64,000 nt of DNA, from positions 13,162-77,161 of the forward strand of contig MFPT01000008.1 of assembly GCA_001782805.1 (NCBI GenBank). Direction: 5' to 3'. Shown here piece after piece: positions 14,849-23,696 of the stretch. This DNA is from Candidatus Magasanikbacteria bacterium RIFCSPHIGHO2_01_FULL_41_23 (GTDB taxonomy: Bacteria; Patescibacteriota; Patescibacteriia; Magasanikbacterales; UBA922). The notes below the pieces were generated by a model, which worked only from the letters and a program-made list of their open reading frames with translations, was not told the origin of the DNA and did no database searches. Positions within the stretch are counted from its first letter, which is position 1. The number at the start of each line of letters is the position of its first letter. Position numbers and translations under genes: made by a program.

Positions 14849-16847
14849 AAATAAAAAAAACGCGCGCTTTTTGGGTTTATTTTTGCTAATTTTTTTGGGT
14901 ATTTGTGCTCCTATTTTTGTATATCAAACAAAAGCTCAAAGCGGGGGAGCGAAATTGGTGAACTATCATTTAGGTCAGCTATATTCTGGAATGACCAATG
15001 ATTTATCTAAGTATGACATATTGGTGCTGTCTCCGGCACAGATTGCGACTCATCAAGGAATAATGGGCGATATAAAAAAGTTGAATCCACAGATAATTAT
15101 TTTAGCATACGTCCCAAGTCAAAGTTATAACACTAATTATTGGCCAAGAGATGTGGTTTTTAGTGCTCTTAACGTGTCTGATGCTTGGTGGTTGCGCGAT
15201 AGTCGTGGCAAAATTATATCAGCGTGGCCCGGTATAAAAAATATAAATTTGGATCAAACATGGAGTGAATATTTTCTTCCATTTGTGCGGGATCATATTA
15301 GCGTCCTCTCCGGAGTGGATGGGATTTTTTTTGATATGGTTTCGCCTAATATTTCGTGGTTGAATAATGGTGACATTGATTTGAATGGCGATGGTGTGCG
15401 TGATATTTCCAGTCAAGCCGATGCACTGTGGCTTAATCGCACTGAATATTTTTTTAAGCGAGCCAAAGAAATAATGCCTACGATGTATATTGTTGATAAT
15501 GGAACTTCCGCTGCTGTGGTTCAGCCTTATGTTCATGGTCGGATGTATGAAAATTTTCCTACGCCTTGGGAAGGCGATGGTTCGTGGGGTACGGTAATGA
15601 ATCGAGTGCATGAAACACAAAAAAATAATCGTGTTCCTCATATTTCAATTATAAATTCCAATACTGCTAATACTGGCGTACAAAATTACCGTGATGTTCG
15701 GTTCGGTTTGGGGAGTGCGCTATTGGAGAACGGTTATTTTTCCTATGATTATGGTGACCAAAATCATGGTCAAACATGGTGGTATGATGAATATAATGTT
15801 CGACTTGGCCAGCCAATTGGTGGTTCAGTATCGCGGGCGAATTATGCAACGTATCAACCGGATCTGTGGCATCGGGATTTTGATCATGGTTTGGTGTTGG
15901 TAAACAGTACGCCGCAATTGGTGGCTGTGGATTTGGGCGGGGATTATGAAAAAATTAATGGCAGACAAGATCCGACGGTTAATGATGGCTCAATTGTGTC
16001 TGAAGTTGAGATTGCTCCCAACGATGGATTGGTTTTGTTGAAAACCACTTCGCGGCTTGATGATGTGATTTTTTCCAACGGTTCTTTTGCGCGGTTTTAC
16101 AAGCCTGATGGCATCCGTGTGCGGAATGGTTTTTTTGTTTTCGATGAGGAATATAAAGGTGGCGCGCAGATTTTATATTTTGATTTTGATGGCAATGCAA
16201 AACATGATACTTTGGTTGCGAGCGGGAATAAAATTACGGCCACGCGCGACGATGGTCAGCCGTTTTTCAAAATTTATCCGTACACGGCGAATTATTCCGG
16301 CAATTTAGTCTTGGCGGTTGGTGATCTTGATAACGATGGTTTTGATGAACTGTATGTTGCGCCGGATAAAGGGTCGTATCCGATTAAAATTTACAATTTG
16401 TTTGGCGAAGAAATTTTGCCTGAAGGCTGGTATCCGTTTGGTAAAAAATATCAGGATGGTTATTCTTTGGCAATTGCGGGCAAAGGATATGATGGTCGGT
16501 TAGTGATTGGAGCGAATCATGCTACGGGTCAGAATGATCATGATTCAACCGTCGGACTATATGATGCCGGATTAAAAAAAACCGCGGAATGGTCGATTTT
16601 TAAACAATCAAATCATGAACTAATGGTTGGAGCAGGGGATTTGGATGGTGATGGTATGCCGGAGATTGTCGCCGGATTTGGTAGTGGACGAAAGCCGACT
16701 CTTAAATTATATACACTTGAAGGAAAAGAATTTGGTCAGCCGATTATTTTTGCCGGTGAAATTTTTCGGAACGCGCAGATTCAAATTACTGATGTTAATT
16801 TTGATGGCGCGGCCGATATTGTGCTTCTGACAAGTGGGGCTTTATAA
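14812..16847 (+). CDS. secreted FG-GAP/VCBS-repeat (beta-propeller-like) protein with an N-terminal ~400-aa domain of unknown function
   Basis: Signal/TM FLGLFLLIFLGICAPIFVYQTKAQS. Repeats GDLDNDGFDELYVAPD, GDLDGDGMPEIVAGF and VNFDGAADIVLL. Start is uncertain (ATG 14812, or TTG ~14871). Confidence 0.6.
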
Positions 16848-16858
16848 ATTATAAAAAT

Positions 16859-17989
16859 TTATGCTTTGTACATTTCAATAATCCGCGGCATAATTGCGTC
16901 CCACCGATACTGTTTTTCAATAATCAATACATTTTCTTCGCCAAGTTTTTTTTGTTCATCAGATGATAATGATAAAAATGTGTTTAATTTGGTTTTAAGA
17001 TCAGACGAATCATTTTGATTAAAAATAATTTTTGGATTATTGATTAATTCCAAATGTTCCGGAATGTTTGACAGCAATACCGGTTTAGCCCAGTTCATGG
17101 CTTCAAGCACTGTAATGGGCAGGCCTTCATTGAGTGAAGGATGCACCAAGACTTTGGCATGGGCAAACAATGTTTCCAATGCTTGGCCACTTTGAAAATC
17201 AGTAAACACAATGTCATTGCATAAATTGGCCTTCTGATGAAGATTTTTTATATACTCATTGGTATACGCCGATCCGCCGACAATTACCAATTTTAAGTTG
17301 GTGATTGCCGGATTATTTATGTTTTGTTTGAGAGCGCTAAACGCATCAATTAAAATATGCGCTCCTTTGTGCGGTACGAGACGCGCGACCATAAGGATAT
17401 ATTGACTACTGACTAATCCAAATTTTTTCAATAATTCTTCCGAATTAATTGTTTCAACTTGGTTTACTGCATTCGGAATGTACGTTGTTTCTCGATCAAA
17501 TTCATTCAGGCAATATAATTGTAAACTGCGCGACACCGTGATTGTTTTGTGCGCAAATAAAACCGTTGCCTTTTCACCGATCCGTAAAAATAATTTTGCG
17601 ATCAGCCCCCATTTTTGGTGATAGCGGTCAATGGAGTGAAATGTTGTTATCACTTTTGTTCGTGGCGAAAAAAGACGAGGGATCCAAGACACAAGTGCCG
17701 GACCAACTCCATGATAATGGATTACGTCATATTTTTGACTCAGGGCATGTAGTGAAGACAAGAGGGTGTGCGTAAACGTATCAAGATGTTTTGTTTTAAT
17801 TGATGCGAGATGTTTGATTATTACGCCGTCAATATTTATTGTTCCTTGGTTTTTGGTGTACCAAGATCGGCCATAGACAGTTACGTCATGGTTCAATTTT
17901 GCCAAATGCACTGCCAGGTCGTGGACATGGCGTTCCACTCCACCAAAGCTGGCCGGCATTCCTTTTTGTCCGATCATGGCGATACGCAT
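16859..17989 (-). CDS. glycosyltransferase family 4
   Basis: MRIAMIGQKGMPASFGGVERHV at the N-terminus and LVHPSLNEGLPITVLEAMNWAKPVLLSNIPE at the C-terminus, typical of GT4. Confidence 0.8.
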   Translation of the reverse strand: MRIAMIGQKGMPASFGGVERHVHDLAVHLAKLNHDVTVYGRSWYTKNQGTINIDGVIIKHLASIKTKHLDTFTHTLLSSLHALSQKYDVIHYHGVGPALVSWIPRLFSPRTKVITTFHSIDRYHQKWGLIAKLFLRIGEKATVLFAHKTITVSRSLQLYCLNEFDRETTYIPNAVNQVETINSEELLKKFGLVSSQYILMVARLVPHKGAHILIDAFSALKQNINNPAITNLKLVIVGGSAYTNEYIKNLHQKANLCNDIVFTDFQSGQALETLFAHAKVLVHPSLNEGLPITVLEAMNWAKPVLLSNIPEHLELINNPKIIFNQNDSSDLKTKLNTFLSLSSDEQKKLGEENVLIIEKQYRWDAIMPRIIEMYKA

Positions 17990-18142
17990 ATTGTTTAACT
18001 AACAAATAACAGAGTATGATAGCCCAGTTTTGGTTTTTTGTCAATGGAACGGAGGCTAAAAAATCCTAACCAATAGCCCGGCCTCGCCCTCCCGTATAGG
18101 TATGTTGCGTACCTTTCGAGACGAGCCATTGGTTAGGGTCTT

Positions 18143-19204
18143 TTAGACCCCGGAATATTCTTGAACCAAGCCAACAAATTGGTGAAACAGACGCCGGTTT
18201 TGTTTTGAGATTGGCAGGTCATGAACCAAGTCATGACAGAGACCGGTATGATCCTGAACCATATCAAGAATTTTTTCGCGAATTTTATATTTCCCGCATA
18301 GTTCACGAACATAATTGGCCTGTGACAAAGGAATTTGATCCAACCAAAATGTATAGTTGAATTTTTCTTTTTCTGAGCGATTTAACTCAGGCAAAAGCAG
18401 TGCGCACCACAGCGTTGGTTGTTTATTGTTAAGATCCTCAATGAGGTTTTTACTGTTACCATTTTCATTGAAGCCGGCCAGATCATCAAGCGCTTGGAAA
18501 GCAATACCAAGAGATTCACCTATGGCTTTCAGAAATAAGCGGGTGGTTTCATCTGGCGTATGACTTAGTATAAATCCGGATACCAGCGGTAAGACAAAAC
18601 TATATGCTCCGGTTTTACTTTCGTATAAATGCAAGACGTCGTCTATGTTATGTGTTGGTTCATGAGCCACGGCATCATATACTTGCGCGCGTGTAGTACG
18701 AGTGAGTATGTTCAGAAAAAGAGTTAGTAATTCCACTTTGGTTTCATTGGCGCATTCCAAACTAATCAGTTGATTCAGTACAAATTGGATTAAATAATCT
18801 CCGACCGCGATAGCAGTGCCAACCCCATGTCGTTCATATGCCAACACGCCTCGTCCTTCAAAAATTGCTTTTAGACGAGCGGGAAAACTTAAGGTATCGC
18901 GTCTGATGGGGCTTTCATCAATAATGTCATCATGAATTAAGAGCGCATAATGCAAGACCTCGATTAATCCGGCGACTTGTTCTACGATTTTTGTTTCTTT
19001 TGCGCCAAAACTCTCTGCTGACAACAGACAAAGACCGCCTCTCCAGGCTTTGCCGATTTGTGAGGCGAGCTGTAATTCTTTAAAAATATAATGGTCGTTC
19101 GAAAAATCTTCGCGTGCTTGATTTTCTACATCATCAATAACAGTTCTTACTTGTGCGGCAATATTTTGTCGCCATGTTGCCAGATTGCGCTCTATGTCTT
19201 TCAT
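18143..19204 (-). CDS. trans-polyprenyl diphosphate synthase (trans-IPPS_HH; GGPPS/IspA/ComQ-like)
   Basis: GKAWRGG substrate motif, FARM LIHDDIIDESPIRRD, SARM GIAFQALDDLAGF. Last gene of the peptide-kinase-cyclase operon, 3 nt from the upstream gene. Confidence 0.85.
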   Translation of the reverse strand: MKDIERNLATWRQNIAAQVRTVIDDVENQAREDFSNDHYIFKELQLASQIGKAWRGGLCLLSAESFGAKETKIVEQVAGLIEVLHYALLIHDDIIDESPIRRDTLSFPARLKAIFEGRGVLAYERHGVGTAIAVGDYLIQFVLNQLISLECANETKVELLTLFLNILTRTTRAQVYDAVAHEPTHNIDDVLHLYESKTGAYSFVLPLVSGFILSHTPDETTRLFLKAIGESLGIAFQALDDLAGFNENGNSKNLIEDLNNKQPTLWCALLLPELNRSEKEKFNYTFWLDQIPLSQANYVRELCGKYKIREKILDMVQDHTGLCHDLVHDLPISKQNRRLFHQFVGLVQEYSGV

Positions 19205-19206
19205 AA

Positions 19207-21099
19207 CTAATTATAATGTTTGATTAAAGCTTGCATGGTTTGATGTTCGCGCATTACTGTGTGCAGAGCATCTCCCAATCGGTTAATGGTTTTAGAAAGC
19301 ATAATTGGTGCGGAAGCACGCCATGATATTTTTTTCATTATGTATAGCGCTTGTTCGATTTCTTGTTGTGCCTGACGAATGGCAATTACAATCCCTTCTT
19401 CCCAAAATATTTCTTTTGCCGCTCCACTATTATTGAGCGCGGGGAAAGCATAACATGACAGAAATAATGGCTTGGTCACGCCGGTCAGACGATTGGCCGC
19501 ATAATCTTCATTCCAATCATGTAAATCATCGCACATCTGGCGCGCGTTCAGATAATGGGTAAATAGTTTTTTTAACTGCTGTTGCGTTTCTTTTGTTTGG
19601 CGAGAAATAATTGAAATTAATTGTGGTCCCAGAGTGTGACCAAACGAGCGTTCGCATAAATTAAGAGTCGTGGATCCGAGCAATTCTTTGGCATACGCAG
19701 AATCCGCAAAAAAATGAGTTCGTTCTTTCAATTCATGGGCATGAGCCAAATCAATATGATCAAGAGTGTCAGTTACCAATTCGGTTGGTATGCGATATTC
19801 GGTTGCGACTGCATGGTATCCCAGTGTTGCTTCGCGCAAACAAATATTGGCCAATGATAAATTTTGGGAAATAGTTCCCTCGTCATAGCATCCATCGTAC
19901 AATTGATATGAGAGCCAGCCCCACAAATTGGCTGTTCCCAGTTCGATGTATAATTGCAAAGGGAGTTCAGCTTCAAACGCGCGAGCAATATCAAAACTGA
20001 TTAGGGTAATTTCGCGTGCCAGTGGTGTACCGACTAATGTACTGAATTCTTGCAGGCCTACGGTGAATAAATTATGATCAAGCTTGTTTAATTTTCCGGC
20101 CACTGTGGTAATTATTACATCATGGAGCTGATTTTCCACTGATGAAATGATTGGTGATTTACTGCATCTTCCTACTTCATAATCATCATAATAGTTTATC
20201 GCGAGCGCGCAAACCGTGGCTGTTAATGCTACGCATCCGGATATTTCCGTGGTTGCATTCTCTTGTTTTTCCAGAATGCACGGATCAGCGGCATATGCTT
20301 GTCCGGCTCCAATTATTTTTTTAGCGTATTCAGTAATTATTATGGAGTCACTGCCGATTTTTATCATGAGTATTAATGTTAATCCCAATTCCAGAAGTGA
20401 TAATCCATCAATTTTTTGTGAATAACCATTTACTATTTTTTTAATCTCCGTGTCACACTGGCCATTTAATCCTCGATCCAATAAAAATAACATTAGTGGT
20501 TCAGAGACATAATATGGTGATCGCCAATTATTAGTGGCTATTCTATCAATAATATAATTATTCAAATTGTTTAAAACAACGTCTTGTTGTTTTAACGCGT
20601 AAGCAATTCCGGCATTAACCACCGGATCAATGTCAGACCATTTTTCCTCGTTTTTAGTCATTATCCATGTTTTGTATGGTCCGCCCGGTTTTTCTTCGTT
20701 ATTTGTGAGAGATTGGATGTACTGTATTAATGTTTGTATTTCCAGATTTTTGGTTACTGATTGAACCACAATCGCCAGACTGCTGTCATCAAGATCAGCC
20801 GGATACGGAAATTGCGTATTGTGCGTATCTGTTTGTGCCCAATATGACCATAGTTCGTTGTCAGATTTTTCTGATTGCAAAAAATAATTTATTTTTTTTA
20901 TTATATCGTGCGTTTCTTTTCTTTTGAGCATAGCCAGTATGCTGCCAATTAAGGCGGGATAGAAAATAGTACTATGGTTCACCGGAGATTTGTCCAATGA
21001 ATTACGCGTTATACTGGTAAAACCGCCATCATTGTTTTGATTGTGGGTAACAAAAATAATTGCGGAGCGCACATACTCGGCGCTATCAAAAATAGGCAT
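19207..21099 (-). CDS. terpene-cyclase-like protein: class-II motifs (QW-like QNNDGGF; DxDD as FPYPADLDDSSLAIV) plus a C-terminal DDxxD (MCDDLHDWNEDY)
   Basis: Motifs read directly from the translation. Sits between the HK and the polyprenyl synthase with 7-nt and 3-nt gaps (operon). Function inferred from motifs only. Confidence 0.5.
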   Translation of the reverse strand: MPIFDSAEYVRSAIIFVTHNQNNDGGFTSITRNSLDKSPVNHSTIFYPALIGSILAMLKRKETHDIIKKINYFLQSEKSDNELWSYWAQTDTHNTQFPYPADLDDSSLAIVVQSVTKNLEIQTLIQYIQSLTNNEEKPGGPYKTWIMTKNEEKWSDIDPVVNAGIAYALKQQDVVLNNLNNYIIDRIATNNWRSPYYVSEPLMLFLLDRGLNGQCDTEIKKIVNGYSQKIDGLSLLELGLTLILMIKIGSDSIIITEYAKKIIGAGQAYAADPCILEKQENATTEISGCVALTATVCALAINYYDDYEVGRCSKSPIISSVENQLHDVIITTVAGKLNKLDHNLFTVGLQEFSTLVGTPLAREITLISFDIARAFEAELPLQLYIELGTANLWGWLSYQLYDGCYDEGTISQNLSLANICLREATLGYHAVATEYRIPTELVTDTLDHIDLAHAHELKERTHFFADSAYAKELLGSTTLNLCERSFGHTLGPQLISIISRQTKETQQQLKKLFTHYLNARQMCDDLHDWNEDYAANRLTGVTKPLFLSCYAFPALNNSGAAKEIFWEEGIVIAIRQAQQEIEQALYIMKKISWRASAPIMLSKTINRLGDALHTVMREHQTMQALIKHYN

Positions 21100-21105
21100 A
21101 GAAAT

Positions 21106-22608
21106 TTAATTTTTTGACCACGAGATGATAAAAGAAGTACCTTTCGTCGGTTCGCTCTCGACTGAAATATCCGCACTTAATTCCTGACGCAATAATTCTT
21201 GAGCGATATTTAAACCAAGTCCTATCCCTCGTTCAGATTTGGTGCTAAAAAACGGATCAAAAATAAATGGTAAAAGTTTTGAATCAATTCCGCATCCCGT
21301 ATCCTTAATAATCAATTGACATTTTTGTTTATCTCGAGCGATTTGTCCTGAGTGGCTTGTGGTGAGCGACTTGTGGTGAGCACAGTCGAACCAAGTCGAA
21401 CCGAGTCGAGGGAAATCGATGGATTCAATCGTGAATGAAATAAATACGGTTCGTTCGCGATCGATTGGATTTTCCGCACAGGATTCAATGGCATTGGTTA
21501 AGATATTCACCCAAGCTCGGTACAGACGCAGTGGATTGGCAGTTACTTTACACGATGCGAAATCAGGGCACTCAATTTTTGTACTGACCTGATTTGCATT
21601 ATATTGTACTGCGTGAATGGCTTGTTTGACTGTTTCTCCAATTTCAATTACCCGTGATTCATTTCTATTTGATAATTCGCGTCTTATTCTATCAATCAGT
21701 TCTGACAACTGATTGGTCGCCGATAAAGCGACATTAATTTGTTCGCGTATTTCTCCTGCGTTAATGGAATTATTTTTACTTAATTGATCAATATGCATGG
21801 TTACGGCCGTGAGCGGATTAATTAAATCATGCATCAGTCCGGCTGATAATTTGCCGATTTCAGTTAGTCGCGATGTTTCTTTTAATCGCTCCAGCTGTGT
21901 ATGCTCCAATTCTTTGGTACGGGCAAGAACGCGCTCTTCCAGTGTGTCTCTTTCTTTTTTAACCAATACTTCGGAACGTCGCGCGCGACGAAGACTATTT
22001 TCAATCTCTTGATACGCGAGCCAAGTAATTCCGGAAATTACCAATAATATAATCGTAATTTCCATACTGTAATTGGCATACAATGTATTGTGCATCCAGC
22101 TTTCATCCACCGATATAAGGTTGTGCTGGTGTGCATAATCAAGGAGGCCAAGATAACTACCCAATGCAATCGCCATTATAATCGCTGATCGCGTATTTAA
22201 TAGAATACCAATCAAAACAATAATCAGACTAAGAGTCAAAAGCGGTATTGGTAATAGCGTACCCCAGCGGGTGAGTGAATATAGGGTTGGTATAATCAAC
22301 AGACCCAAAAATGCGTATGAGGAAAATTTCCACCAGCCTTTTCTGGCTAGGTATAACAGACCAAGAAAAAGGCCGGAAATTATGACTGATATCCAAATAG
22401 GAATTCCTCGCGGCGACGTTCCCGGTATGGTTGCTAAAGAAGCCACTGAAACAGTGAACAAAATTGAAAGAGCTGACAAAAAGATGAGCAAGACGCATAA
22501 AATATATTCGCGCCGCGCATCATCCTCTCGTCGTGAGGTTGGCTGAGTTATTTTTTGCCAAAATGTCCTCAGCCGGAAAAGAATGGAAAAGAAAAAATCT
22601 TTTGACAC
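21106..22608 (-). CDS. sensor histidine kinase (HisKA + HATPase_c), N-terminal polytopic membrane domain
   Basis: H-box LSAGLMHDLINPLTAV, N-box NILTNAIESC, G-boxes IIKDTGCGID and GIGLGLNIAQELL. About 6 TM helices over the first 200 aa. GTG start 2 nt after the stop of the small peptide ORF. Confidence 0.85.
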   Translation of the reverse strand: MSKDFFFSILFRLRTFWQKITQPTSRREDDARREYILCVLLIFLSALSILFTVSVASLATIPGTSPRGIPIWISVIISGLFLGLLYLARKGWWKFSSYAFLGLLIIPTLYSLTRWGTLLPIPLLTLSLIIVLIGILLNTRSAIIMAIALGSYLGLLDYAHQHNLISVDESWMHNTLYANYSMEITIILLVISGITWLAYQEIENSLRRARRSEVLVKKERDTLEERVLARTKELEHTQLERLKETSRLTEIGKLSAGLMHDLINPLTAVTMHIDQLSKNNSINAGEIREQINVALSATNQLSELIDRIRRELSNRNESRVIEIGETVKQAIHAVQYNANQVSTKIECPDFASCKVTANPLRLYRAWVNILTNAIESCAENPIDRERTVFISFTIESIDFPRLGSTWFDCAHHKSLTTSHSGQIARDKQKCQLIIKDTGCGIDSKLLPFIFDPFFSTKSERGIGLGLNIAQELLRQELSADISVESEPTKGTSFIISWSKN

Positions 22609-22610
22609 AT

Positions 22611-22721
22611 CTAGCCTGACCAGGGGGGTGTATTAACCGCTGTCTTTTGGGCAAGACTGGCTAACATTTTCTTTTGACGACCTTCGGTGCTTTCAAGAAT
22701 TGCGCTAATGAGGTTTGACAT
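22611..22721 (-). CDS. small peptide, 36 aa, MSNLISAILESTEGRQKKMLASLAQKTAVNTPPWSG; candidate precursor/signal peptide with Trp at position -3
   Basis: Canonical SD AAGGAGA 3-4 nt before the ATG (SD is rare elsewhere in this window). Its stop lies 2 nt before the HK start codon. C-terminal ...PPWSG resembles ComX pheromone tails (...QWGD). Confidence 0.4.
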   Translation of the reverse strand: MSNLISAILESTEGRQKKMLASLAQKTAVNTPPWSG

Positions 22722-22750
22722 ATGTCTCCTTATATTAGTAAATAAATAGG

Positions 22751-22781
22751 GTGCAAGCGATGTCGACCTAGTGCAATCGCT
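22751..22781 (-). promoter_or_regulatory. direct repeat GTGCAAGCGAT / GTGCAATCGCT (20-nt phasing) upstream of the peptide-HK operon; candidate OmpR-type regulator binding site, with TTGCAC / TATAAG promoter-like hexamers
   Basis: Seen in sequence in the 310-nt gap between the RR and the operon. OmpR-family regulators bind tandem direct repeats. Confidence 0.25.
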
Positions 22782-22917
22782 GTGATTTTCCCTATAGAAC
22801 ATTAATTGTTTGTTCCTATATATATCATAGCGGTTTTGAGCTTAAATTTTCTTCAATTATTTCTTAAATTCTTTTTTCATAAAAAAGTTACAACACAGCC
22901 TAGTTTTTACCATAGTC

Positions 22918-23592
22918 TTAAATTTTTACGCTCAAACGATAACCGCGACCTTGAACCGTGTGGATAAGTTTGTGCCGATTGCCAATGTCCAATTGTTTAC
23001 GCAACTCGCAAATATGCGCTTCAAGCGTGTTTGACCACACATCAGCATTCATATCCCACACATGCTCCATAATTTGCGCGCGGGTTATTATTTCATCGGG
23101 TCGACGGATGAGATATTCCAAAAGCATATATTGTTTGCGTGACAAATCAACAAAATATTTTCCGCGATGAACAACTTGCTTGGCTGTATCCAATACCACA
23201 TCATCGATTTTGTAAATGGTGTTATTCGGTAGGCTTGGTCGACGAGTCAAGGCTCTTAAGCGCGCCAGTAATTCTGCGGTGGAAAATGGTTTGGTCAAAT
23301 AATCATCAGCGCCAAGATTCAAGAGACTGACTTTTTTGTCCACTTCATGATTAATTGATAAAACCAAAATGGGAACATACTTGCCTCGGCCGCGAATATG
23401 AGAGCAGACTTGTTCGCCATTTTTCTTGGGCAAATTATAATCCAGAATGATAAGATCATAATCATTCACACAGGCTAATGACGTCGCGGTTTCACCGTCA
23501 CCGGCGGTATCAACAGCGTATGATTCATACTTTAACGCTGTTTTAAGACTGCTGAGGAGAATGGGATCATCATCAACAATAAGAATTCGCAT
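22918..23592 (-). CDS. response regulator, OmpR/PhoB family (REC + winged-helix)
   Basis: MRILIVDDDPILL...DLIILDYNLP receiver domain, C-terminal trans_reg_C-like region (...HTVQGRGYRLSV). The internal ATG at 23592 is taken as the start; the track extends to 23628. Confidence 0.85.
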   Translation of the reverse strand: MRILIVDDDPILLSSLKTALKYESYAVDTAGDGETATSLACVNDYDLIILDYNLPKKNGEQVCSHIRGRGKYVPILVLSINHEVDKKVSLLNLGADDYLTKPFSTAELLARLRALTRRPSLPNNTIYKIDDVVLDTAKQVVHRGKYFVDLSRKQYMLLEYLIRRPDEIITRAQIMEHVWDMNADVWSNTLEAHICELRKQLDIGNRHKLIHTVQGRGYRLSVKI

Positions 23593-23696
23593 AGATTGTA
23601 ATTGTACCGCACTTATGGCACTGGGCACAAAAATTTTATGCGCAATGGGGAAGACGGACGATTCGGAAAAAATCGTCCGTGCCGATTGAGGTGGGT

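Noticed and set aside
22611-22802. Longer 63-aa version of the small ORF upstream of the histidine kinase
   Set aside because: The upstream part (MFYRENHSDCTRSTSLAPYLFTNIRRH) runs through the promoter/direct-repeat region and has no RBS. The internal ATG at 22721 has a perfect SD, so the 36-aa form is preferred. Even that is given only moderate confidence.
23593-23628. 12-codon N-terminal extension of the response regulator (MPSAISAVQLQS)
   Set aside because: Receiver domains almost always begin M-x-I-L-I/V-V-D-D. The internal ATG giving MRILIVDDD is the natural start.
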